From assembly GCA_047286205.1 (NCBI GenBank), contig JBJBBR010000001.1:517373-581372 (forward strand): 64,000 nt of DNA. The letters are read 5' to 3'. Positions 1-7,358 of this stretch are shown piece after piece. The stretch comes from Synechococcus sp. (lineage in GTDB: Bacteria > Cyanobacteriota > Cyanobacteriia > PCC-6307 > Cyanobiaceae). Position 1 is the stretch's first letter; each line of letters opens with the position of its first letter. The position numbers and the translations under genes were made by a program. A model generated the notes under the pieces. The model was given only the letters and a program-made list of their open reading frames with translations. It did no database searches and was not told where the DNA came from.

Positions 1-117
1 AAGTCCATAATTCAATCAATTTTTTCGAAGGGTGGGCTACGTTTGGAGCTGACATCGATAGAATCCTGATTCACCACAAGAGGATGACGCAACCTTGGAT
101 TGGTTGATCAACATTGG

Positions 118-246
118 ATGATGAAACGACTGCTACGACTGATTCAGCGACTGACAGGCAAACAGAAGAACCCCCCGTTACACACGCCCGAAGAATTGGA
201 ATGCTTTAAAACAGATGCCATCGAAAACCGTAGAAAGCACTACTGA
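118..246 (+). CDS. small hypothetical protein (42 aa)
   Basis: ATG ORF MMKRLLRLIQRLTGKQKNPPLHTPEELECFKTDAIENRRKHY, below the 60-aa track cutoff. Its TGA overlaps the ATG of the next small ORF (TGATG). No family recognised. Confidence 0.2.
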   Translation: MMKRLLRLIQRLTGKQKNPPLHTPEELECFKTDAIENRRKHY

Positions 247-425
247 TGCAGGGAACAACAGAGCTAGCACTGCTTGCCATTGCATTCATCGGTCTGCAAA
301 TTTGGTGGCTCAGCAAAGTCTTTTGGAATCGCCCTCGGCAGCCAAAGCCGATGGGCAAATCAATAAGGGCCAATTCACTCCATAACAAAAAATCCATGCT
401 GCAAAAAATCTTCGATCAATCCTGA
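246..425 (+). CDS. small single-pass membrane protein (59 aa)
   Basis: MQGTTELALLAIAFIGLQIWWLSKVFWNRPRQPK... has one clear hydrophobic helix followed by a basic tail. TGATG stop/start overlaps occur at both ends. Below the track cutoff. Confidence 0.3.
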   Translation: MQGTTELALLAIAFIGLQIWWLSKVFWNRPRQPKPMGKSIRANSLHNKKSMLQKIFDQS

Positions 426-518
426 TGCCCATCCTTGCTCATCCAAGCGTCACTAGGAACAAACACCGATGCATTGCGTCGTTAAAACAATCAGTGTGGT
501 TTAGAAGCAAAGATAAAG

Positions 519-704
519 ATGTCACTCATTTGTTGTGCACACTGCGGGCATATGCACTCGAGCCTGAGAATCGACTGCCCGCAATGCAACGTGAAAGCAG
601 GCGAACCGTGGCATTTCAGGGAATCTGCTCAACGAAAAACATGGGCAAGACAGCCCTGGATTGATTTGACCACAACAACTCCAAACAAGCCAAACCCCCT
701 TTGA
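519..704 (+). CDS. zinc-ribbon mini-protein (61 aa)
   Basis: Track ORF with C6-x2-C9-x10-C20-x2-C23 (CAHCG...CPQC), a classic 4-Cys ribbon. Lies in an AT-richer islet. Confidence 0.35.
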   Translation: MSLICCAHCGHMHSSLRIDCPQCNVKAGEPWHFRESAQRKTWARQPWIDLTTTTPNKPNPL

Positions 705-838
705 AAACAGCAAGCCGTTACTGACAAGGACTTCTGAAGCAGGGGATCAATCTCTGGCAACCAAACAAGGGAGCTGAGTTTAGAAAAAGCATGCGTTCGC
801 GATCCATTGCTAGTTGTTGGAGACGAGATGACACAGCT

Positions 839-1003
839 ATGGCATTTGAAGCCCCCCCTGCAGAAGGACGACAGTGCATTGACTGCGGTGACATCAAACC
901 CCTGAATTTCTTTGGCTTAGACAGCAAGGAGTGCCGATACTGCGAGGCCTCACGTCGCCAACATGCCCTGAAACAAGAAAGCGATGCGGAAACAGAGGCT
1001 TAA
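839..1003 (+). CDS. zinc-ribbon mini-protein (54 aa), phage-like CxxC..KPL..F..CxxC module
   Basis: Internal ATG of track ORF 791..1003 gives MAFEAPPAEGRQCIDCGDIKPLNFFGLDSKECRYCEASRRQ... The 4-Cys pattern resembles the N-terminal finger seen in many phage HNH/homing-endonuclease-like proteins (from memory). Confidence 0.4.
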   Translation: MAFEAPPAEGRQCIDCGDIKPLNFFGLDSKECRYCEASRRQHALKQESDAETEA

Positions 1004-1127
1004 AAAATGATCGTGTATTCGATGGCTTAAAGGAAATTTCTAGATCAATCCACACAGCAATAAGCATATGCACCAATGTTCAACTCAAAGCCATGAGCTA
1101 ACACCGGAGTAGAGCTCAAGAGGTGTC

Positions 1128-1316
1128 ATGGGTAAGGTTCTTTCTGCAGCCAAATGGTCTTTCGATCTTCTTGGTCAACGCATCGCAGCTCTACGTCTTA
1201 AAAAGAGTTTTACAGCCTCAACGATCTACAGCGAAATGGCTTATGACGAATCGCAGATGAAAGACGCCGATTTCGTTAAGCGGCAGCAGAAGTCAACGCT
1301 CGAATACGACTGCTGA
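1128..1316 (+). CDS. hypothetical protein (62 aa)
   Basis: Track ORF with an ATG start and no overlapping better ORF. No motif recognised. Confidence 0.2.
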   Translation: MGKVLSAAKWSFDLLGQRIAALRLKKSFTASTIYSEMAYDESQMKDADFVKRQQKSTLEYDC

Positions 1317-1413
1317 CCCTTCATGCAGGGCTTCTCCTGCGTAAGAGCTTCCCAGGAGGGGGTTGGCGCGTTCAGCCCAACCCCCTAGAACGCATGTCTA
1401 CGAACTTGTCGGT

Positions 1414-1590
1414 ATGGCTTTGATTCCCCGCTGGCAGTACATGACTGACAGCAGCAAGTCCTTGGTCAAACGATCTGCAATCGCGGTTGTGGTCGTCTTG
1501 ATCGGTTTAACGCTGCTGCGCGCGTTTTTCTCGTGGATCCTGCTTGGTCTGGCCTTCTACGGTGCTTGGTGTCTATTCACCCGAAAATAG
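1414..1590 (+). CDS. small membrane protein
   Basis: The C-terminal half AIAVVVVLIGLTLLRAFFSWILLGLAFYGAWCLF forms two hydrophobic helices. Start is uncertain: TTG 1363, ATG 1414 or ATG 1441. Confidence 0.35.
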   Translation: MALIPRWQYMTDSSKSLVKRSAIAVVVVLIGLTLLRAFFSWILLGLAFYGAWCLFTRK

Positions 1591-1973
1591 TCCGTGAAGG
1601 AAGAAACAACGCAGGCCAGACGCACTCTGTATATCTGGGCACTCGCTCTGAACGTGATTGCTTGGGGCTCCTATTTTTATTTGACCAAGGTGATGGGAAT
1701 CGACTTTGAATCGATTCGTCAAGCCAGGATGGCTGGTTAAGTATCGACGACCCTTAGGACAGCTGCATGAAAAGCCCCAGCCGGCCGAGCTGAACCGGCG
1801 ACTCACCAGGGCTGGCACCAAGCAACAGCTGCTGCATGACCACCCCATCTCACCATTGGAAAGGGTCACGTCATAACCTCCCGTTAACGGAAGAGGACCG
1901 CCCTGTGAATCGCCACCTGACGTCGAGTTCTGAGGCTCAGCAATCCTCAGAAGATGGTCGCCCCGATGGATTG

Positions 1974-2900
1974 ATGCGGCAAAAAACTGTTCAGCGGATT
2001 TGCGGCCAAGCCTTTGTTTTTTTTGGGATTGTGGTGCTCGGGGTCTCACTTTATAAATTTGTTAATGCTTTCTGGCTTGATGTTTCTCCCTGGCCCGAGC
2101 TGCTGCTTGGAACTGCTGGGGTGATGTTGGTTGTCTTGGGGAGAATTTTCCGAAAATCGGCTTTTTTAACGTCCTTGCTTTCGGAATCCAGCCCAGCGGG
2201 TCGAGTCCAACGCTCTTTTCTAATACTTGCACTTGCCTTCTTCATCATGGGCTGCGTGGTTCTGCTAAAGCTTTCTGTTCAGGATGTTTCGCGCTATAAG
2301 CGTCTGCTTAGTGAGGGAGGGATTCTGGAGTATTTACAAGCCCTGATCCTATTTACATCGGCCTGGGTTTCTTGGCTTATTTCAAGAGATTTGTGGAGGC
2401 GTTTAACAATGCGGATGCACGCAGTGTTTTACGGCATGATTTCCTTCGGAATGCTTTTCGTTGGCCTAGAGGAGATTGCTTGGGGCCAGGTTTTGTTTGG
2501 CTGGAAGACGCCAGAAAACATTGCGGCTTTTAATGCTCAAAACCAGACAACCTTTCACAACCTCAAGATTTTCCAGAATTACCTGGATCTCAACCTGTTC
2601 CTGGCATCCGTCTTGCTTCTTGTCTTGGTGCTGTGGCGACCAAGTATTGGCTTGATCCAATCGAAAATTCTTGGAGGTGGGATAGCTTCCCCCAACGCAT
2701 TCTTCATGCCCAGATATTTCTGGCCACTCTTTTTCTGCGCTGCATTTCTATCTTATTTTGTTGCGACAGAATCCGGGACAAATCTCGTCATCAATATCGA
2801 TCAGGAATGGGCAGAATTTTGCCTTTACCTCGCCGCTGGCCTCGGTTTATTGAGAACCTACATCTTGCTTGGCAATGCACCACGGCGCCAGCACACCTAA
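1974..2900 (+). CDS. polytopic membrane protein, unknown function
   Basis: Long ORF with at least 7 hydrophobic segments. The internal ATG at 1974 (MRQKTVQRI...) removes a non-membrane, low-complexity N-extension. Confidence 0.6.
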   Translation: MRQKTVQRICGQAFVFFGIVVLGVSLYKFVNAFWLDVSPWPELLLGTAGVMLVVLGRIFRKSAFLTSLLSESSPAGRVQRSFLILALAFFIMGCVVLLKLSVQDVSRYKRLLSEGGILEYLQALILFTSAWVSWLISRDLWRRLTMRMHAVFYGMISFGMLFVGLEEIAWGQVLFGWKTPENIAAFNAQNQTTFHNLKIFQNYLDLNLFLASVLLLVLVLWRPSIGLIQSKILGGGIASPNAFFMPRYFWPLFFCAAFLSYFVATESGTNLVINIDQEWAEFCLYLAAGLGLLRTYILLGNAPRRQHT

Positions 2901-3140
2901 TCGGTCTTAATCGCTGCTGCGTTGTTGGATGCGATCAGCTCAGCCTCTAGTTTGGCCTTGTGCGTACAAGGGTTTTGCTTCGTGCTTGGGGATGGCCGGG
3001 GCATTGATCAGATCGATAGGTGATTCATCCGCTCGATGGGGCTTATCAAGGCAAGAGGTGCAGGTGCAGATCAACAGCTGACCGCATCCAGCCGTAACGA
3101 CCTTGATCCCTGGAGCACCGAGGGTATAAATCGTTCGGTG

Positions 3141-3174
3141 CAGACAAAAAACCGCCCCCTTCAAGAGGCGGTTT
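3141..3174 (-). terminator. intrinsic terminator reading on the minus strand
   Basis: 8-bp stem AAACCGCC/GGCGGTTT. On the minus strand it is followed by a TTTTTTG run. On the plus strand there is no useful U-tract. Confidence 0.5.
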
Positions 3175-3355
3175 CATCAGCCGTAGTAATCCCCATCACC
3201 CGGCAATCTGCACCAATTTTTGATGCTATGAAAAATAATACCAATCAGACGCCATATCTAGTGGACAACAACAGTCACTTAAGACTCTGGTGAATATGTG
3301 TAACGTCTGTGCTGACAGCCTATGCCGGCGGTGAAGTGAACCCCAGAGAGGGTTC

Positions 3356-3628
3356 GTGAATCATTACCGAACCACTAGATCTGGCGGGGACAATTCAACA
3401 AGCAACGGCATCACGATGCTCCATGATGAAGAAATCCTTAAGGGAGGATCCGTGATTGCTGGCCCATCCTGCCCATTGCACTTAGGACTTCTCGACAGTC
3501 CTGACTACTGGACTGATGACGCACTCATCTCTGCAGTAAGACCCTTGAATGCAGAGGAACTACACCACTTGGCCATCGGATCCCAACGACAGAAGAAGCG
3601 AGAAGAACGTCACAGTCGTTTCAACTGA
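3356..3628 (+). CDS. hypothetical protein
   Basis: Track ORF with a GTG start and an alternative ATG at 3416. Followed by an imperfect hairpin at 3638-3659. No motif recognised. Confidence 0.25.
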   Translation: MNHYRTTRSGGDNSTSNGITMLHDEEILKGGSVIAGPSCPLHLGLLDSPDYWTDDALISAVRPLNAEELHHLAIGSQRQKKREERHSRFN

Positions 3629-4001
3629 GCAAGGCGTGTTCTGGCTTTAAGCCAAGAACGAAACTAAGGCTTCAAAGACAGCCTCTGGAAGGACAAAGGG
3701 GGTGATTCACCCATCAGGGCTGAACCATGAACAGCGCCATGCTTCTGGCGCTTGCCATCAGCCCAGGGCAATGTTCAGTTTTGGCTCATTCAACAAAACA
3801 AGCCCTACCAATTCGACGCCAAGGGAAAGTTTGTGATCAGCGAGAGAAGCCAATCAGGAGGGGACTTGGCCATGACCTGCGCTCAAACCATGGAACTGGT
3901 GGGGCAATCGGGTGCTGCCTGAGACGTCGCGGTGGATTAGCCCACCCTTTCACTGGACTGACAACAGGATCGGCCGCGGACACACACCTTGCAGCTCGAT
4001 G

Positions 4002-4031
4002 GACACCCCTGCCGATGGAGGGGTGTCTTTT
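4002..4031 (+). terminator. intrinsic terminator (plus strand)
   Basis: Perfect 9-bp stem GACACCCCT / AGGGGTGTC with an 8-nt loop, followed by TTTT. Confidence 0.6.
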
Positions 4032-4368
4032 CCCTAGGGCATCAACCTCTGGAACGACCTCCAGCCAACAGTTGTTGCAACTGCGTGATGACCCTGTCGA
4101 ACCAGGTCGCTGAACGTCGAGCCGCAGGCCGCTCTAACACCGAGGCATGAAGCATGGGCCCATTCGGCCCGAACCCGTCAAAGGCAATCAGGGCATCCTG
4201 AGCACCTTGCAGCTCCTGCTCAATCCGACGGGACGAAAAGCGTGCGTACCCTCGATTTCGAGACATTGACATGGCAGAGGCTTGTTGACCTATTACCGGT
4301 CTGCATCCATAGCAAGCCTGTTGACCGCAGTTGGTGACGCTTCTTAGCGAGACGTCACGCCAACCTTG

Positions 4369-4397
4369 TTTACAAAGCGTTACGCAGTGCTTAATAT
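4369..4397 (+). promoter_or_regulatory. sigma70-type promoter with HLR1-like direct repeat upstream of hli
   Basis: TTTACA, then 17 nt, then TAATAT, ending 22 nt before the hli ATG. TTTACAAA-GC-GTTACGCA matches the HLR1 pattern (G/T)TTACA(T/A)(T/A)-N2-repeat at 8/8 and 6/8. Confidence 0.5.
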
Positions 4398-4419
4398 TCC
4401 GAAATATTCATTCCACTCC

Positions 4420-4617
4420 ATGGCTACCTCCACTCCCAACGACGACTGGTTCCAAAACGCTGCCGCAGCGCAAATCCGCAACGAGCGCTTTGAGCGCGCA
4501 GAGCTACTCAACGGCCGTACCGCAATGATCGGTTTTGTGGTTGGGGTACTGACAGAAGCCCTGACGGGACATGGGATTGTCAGCCAAATCACCTTTGGCG
4601 TCTTCGGCTGCAACTGA
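4420..4617 (+). CDS. hli: high-light-inducible protein (HLIP, CAB/ELIP/HLIP family)
   Basis: ERAELLNGRTAMIGFVVGVLTEALTG is the canonical HLIP chlorophyll-binding helix motif (E-x2-NGR-x-AM-x-GF). The start is taken at the internal ATG MATSTPNDDW. Confidence 0.9.
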   Translation: MATSTPNDDWFQNAAAAQIRNERFERAELLNGRTAMIGFVVGVLTEALTGHGIVSQITFGVFGCN

Positions 4618-4802
4618 TCCGGAATCCAAACCAGTTACCCCATGCAGCGAGCTGGCTTGTCTCTGCCGTTTATGCGTTCATCATCGGCATTCCGTTTTGG
4701 CTGTCAATGTCAGTGGGCAAGCCCGCACAAGCCCTTTTGTTGCAACGCCTCTTGAACAAATAGGCGTTTTGCGATAAAAGGTTATGGATTGGTTATGAAG
4801 AG

Positions 4803-4967
4803 ATGAAGACTAGTACTGCCCACGCCAAGCTCGAATCCCTGCAGCTGGCTGCTGAAGAGTGTCTCAGCCGCGATGAAGCGCAGAAGATCCTCAGAAAAGC
4901 TGACAAAGCCCATGCGAAGCTCGAGTCTTCGGCCGCACCCTTCCATCGGCCCAAATCAGAGAGCTGA
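4803..4967 (+). CDS. small helical protein (54 aa)
   Basis: ATG ORF MKTSTAHAKLESLQLAAEECLSRDEAQKILRKADKAHAKLESS... contains the internal repeat AHAKLES twice. Below the track cutoff. The antisense track ORF 4793..4975 looks spurious. Confidence 0.3.
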   Translation: MKTSTAHAKLESLQLAAEECLSRDEAQKILRKADKAHAKLESSAAPFHRPKSES

Positions 4968-5062
4968 TTCACCATCTAGCTTCACGTTGCGCCTCGAGAC
5001 CAAGTCAACGACGTAGTGTTCTGATAAATCAATCACCTGTTTTTCTGGGCGGTACAACTTTT

Positions 5063-5545
5063 TCAAATCAGTTCTGGATGGCAGGGATCCCCTTTAAACG
5101 GGCCTCGGATCCAGGGGCTGATCCAACCCCCATAGAACTCTCCTGGCTGAGCTGAGACCACCTGACCGTCGAGGTTGCAACTGTCAACCCTCTGGGGATA
5201 AACGCTGATCCAACCAGCCAAAAGAGCGAATGATTGCGTTGGATTCGGATAACTCCAGCCAGCTCGAACACGACGGCTGGTTCCGTCAACAGCGCTGAGA
5301 TCCCAGTAGGACGCCACTCCTTTCCATTCACAGAATGAAGGCCGTCCCGATGACGGATGAAGGGTGCCCGATTGAAACGCTGAAGGATCCAGATAAATCG
5401 TTGGCGGGTGAAACGTCTCACACACACGCACATAACGCTGATCCTGAGCAATCAGCTCTCCCGCAATCGAGATCTCGACAGACCCAGACACCAGCTCAAT
5501 CAGGGGTGGACGGGGATACTCAGAAACTCGTTCAACCGGTCGCAT
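5063..5545 (-). CDS. DUF427-family protein
   Basis: Carries ...VCETFHPPTIYLDP... and ...CEWKGVASYWD..., motifs I recall as typical of DUF427. Confidence 0.75.
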   Translation of the reverse strand: MRPVERVSEYPRPPLIELVSGSVEISIAGELIAQDQRYVRVCETFHPPTIYLDPSAFQSGTLHPSSGRPSFCEWKGVASYWDLSAVDGTSRRVRAGWSYPNPTQSFALLAGWISVYPQRVDSCNLDGQVVSAQPGEFYGGWISPWIRGPFKGDPCHPELI

Positions 5546-5547
5546 GG

Positions 5548-5946
5548 CTACCCCATGTCGAGCAGGTAATGCATCACAGCGACCCGATGGGAAACTGCGA
5601 TCCCTTCAGGAGAGTCGGGGCCGATCAACGCATCGGGCACGCGATGGATGCGAGTGATGGGCTTCATTTCGTAGGCCGTGCCCTCGGGCGCACCGCCACC
5701 TCGACTGCGGTCCCAGATCCCATTGGCATCGCCTTTGTAATGCCCCGCCACTTGACACAGGTGTGCATAGAAGTTCGGCCCAATACGGCAGACGACAATG
5801 GCCAAACAGGCATCAAAATCGTCGGAAGACAACACATTGATCCCATCACGAACAGCCCGTTCATCGACCCCGAGGACCATGTCTTCAAGAGCTGTTTCTC
5901 CCGTCAATTGCCAGCAACGAATGGTGACGGCGTCGTGTTGGCTCAC
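5548..5946 (-). CDS. conserved hypothetical protein
   Basis: 132-aa ORF with a GTG start. Only 2 nt separate its stop from the DUF427 start, and its start overlaps the upstream small-ORF stop (GTGA). No family recognised. Confidence 0.55.
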   Translation of the reverse strand: MSQHDAVTIRCWQLTGETALEDMVLGVDERAVRDGINVLSSDDFDACLAIVVCRIGPNFYAHLCQVAGHYKGDANGIWDRSRGGGAPEGTAYEMKPITRIHRVPDALIGPDSPEGIAVSHRVAVMHYLLDMG

Positions 5947-6068
5947 TTTCTGCGGGTGAGGTCTCCGAAATCATCGTCGTTTGGTTGGAGAAATTGCCAA
6001 ACAACAGGAATTGTGAGGACGACAGCGAGGCCGATGGTGACCCAGATCGCTGTTCCGTAGTCACCCAT
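5943..6068 (-). CDS. small single-pass membrane protein (41 aa)
   Basis: MGDYGTAIWVTIGLAVVLTIPVVWQFLQPNDDDFGDLTRRK has one TM helix and an acidic tail. Its TGA overlaps the GTG start of the next gene. Below the track cutoff. Confidence 0.4.
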   Translation of the reverse strand: MGDYGTAIWVTIGLAVVLTIPVVWQFLQPNDDDFGDLTRRK

Positions 6069-6174
6069 GCTGAGCCCCCAAACCCCGGGACCCTAACCAC
6101 TTTGAGCCAAAGAGCAGCCTGGCGTTGACGCCTTAACCGGCGCTTCTTAACTTTGCCGGACTCACTCCAGCTGA

Positions 6175-6462
6175 ATGCGCGGATTTCTAACGGCTGGATT
6201 GCTGCTTTGCACACTGGTCCCGGCAGGGCAAACAGCCGTTTTCACCGTGAAGCCAGGGACGCCGTTTTATTCAAAACCCAAGGCATCGCCAGAGCTTCTG
6301 CTGCAGCTGCCTCAAGTCCGTGTTCACGTCCCACCGATGAAGGATGCAGCTGGCTTTTGCCAGTTCAGGTTGATCTACAAAATTGCTGACCGTGACAACC
6401 CCGGGCTGCCAGCAACCGGCTGGGCCCGGTGTGTCTCCACCGACAAACTTATTCCGAACTGA
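6175..6462 (+). CDS. small secreted protein
   Basis: N-terminal signal-like MRGFLTAGLLLCTLVPAGQTA. Confidence 0.5.
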   Translation: MRGFLTAGLLLCTLVPAGQTAVFTVKPGTPFYSKPKASPELLLQLPQVRVHVPPMKDAAGFCQFRLIYKIADRDNPGLPATGWARCVSTDKLIPN

Positions 6463-6468
6463 CGCCAG

Positions 6469-6858
6469 GTGATTCAGCTTCAGCGGTCCATCTCGATGCT
6501 GGTCGCGGCACTGCTCGCCGGATCTTCCATGGGAACCACGAAAGCCATGGCCGCAGAATTCGGTCAGCGGGTCTGCAGCATTGGCACCAGCCAGGCCACC
6601 TGCACCATCAAGCTTGACGAGGACAGCCTTGAGCTGAGACTGCACCCCGATCTCCTTCTGAAAGCCCGGCGGCTGGGGCGCTGGAGGGTCAGCCACCAAG
6701 ATGGGATCACAACCCGCAGCTGCAATGTACGCATCGATCTCGGCGATGAGGTTGTCTACGGGGTTTTACGCATCAGCTCCAGCACAGGAACCAGCCTGAT
6801 CTGGCCCCAGCAGCGCATTGAAATCCCAGACCTGCACTTCAGCTCAACCTCCCCTTGA
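6469..6858 (+). CDS. secreted hypothetical protein
   Basis: Signal-like MLVAALLAGSSMGTTKAMA. Lies 6 nt downstream of the previous gene. GTG start, with an alternative ATG at 6496. Confidence 0.5.
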   Translation: MIQLQRSISMLVAALLAGSSMGTTKAMAAEFGQRVCSIGTSQATCTIKLDEDSLELRLHPDLLLKARRLGRWRVSHQDGITTRSCNVRIDLGDEVVYGVLRISSSTGTSLIWPQQRIEIPDLHFSSTSP

Positions 6859-7066
6859 GCGAGCGAGTCACACCTGGACACGTCCTCAGCACAGCCTGGT
6901 CACCCTTCATCCGCAGGCTGAGTGCACAGTCAGCTCGGGGGCCGAGACATCCCTCACACGCGGACCCAAGGCTTCTGGAGCATCCGGGGGCCTTTTTCAT
7001 GGACACCAGCAAAGAGACCAACAGGTCTCACCATGAAATAATTAAGCAATCCTTAAGGGTTGCTGG

Positions 7067-7318
7067 ATGAGTCACTTTGCAAAGCAGCTCAGCGCACAAG
7101 AGATCAAGCAGGGGTATGCACTGCTGAACCTGATGGAGCACCTGGATCGTGAAATGGACCTGCTCAACCAGCAGCGAATCCGCGTCGGCCCCTCCACCAA
7201 GGAAGGCCAACGGCTCACCCTGATCAAGCAGAGCCATCTGCGCAAACTTCAGACCTGCATCAGCGAGCTCAACACCAGTGGTTTTAACGACTGGTTGCTG
7301 CACCAGCAGCCGGCCTGA
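7067..7318 (+). CDS. hypothetical protein (83 aa)
   Basis: Track ORF with an ATG start and helical composition. No motif recognised. Confidence 0.4.
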   Translation: MSHFAKQLSAQEIKQGYALLNLMEHLDREMDLLNQQRIRVGPSTKEGQRLTLIKQSHLRKLQTCISELNTSGFNDWLLHQQPA

Positions 7319-7358
7319 ACCTGAATGGAGCTAAAACTTCTGGGGTAAGTCCAACCCC

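Noticed and set aside
2940-3164. 74-aa minus-strand ORF with a CGQLLICTCTSC cluster
   Set aside because: Its only start is a TTG located inside the loop of the terminator hairpin, and I could not place the Cys pattern in any family. It remains possible but unsupported, so it is not listed as a feature.
3905-3975. TPP-riboswitch-like fragments (GGGTGC..CTGAGA..CACCCTTT)
   Set aside because: The pyrophosphate-sensor half (GAACCTGATC..GG.TAAT.CC..GCG.AGGGA) is absent, and no thiamine gene follows. The resemblance is probably chance.
3727-4113. 128-aa plus-strand track ORF
   Set aside because: A perfect intrinsic terminator (4002-4031) lies inside it. The composition (Arg/Gly/Cys-rich) is not protein-like. 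The region is treated as non-coding or micro-ORF-bearing instead.
4618-4762. Hydrophobic frame just after the first hli (…SWLVSAVYAFIIGIPFWLSMSVGKPAQALLLQRLLNK)
   Set aside because: It looks like a TM helix, but the frame has no ATG/GTG/TTG start between the hli stop and the helix. I cannot support it as a gene without comparative data.
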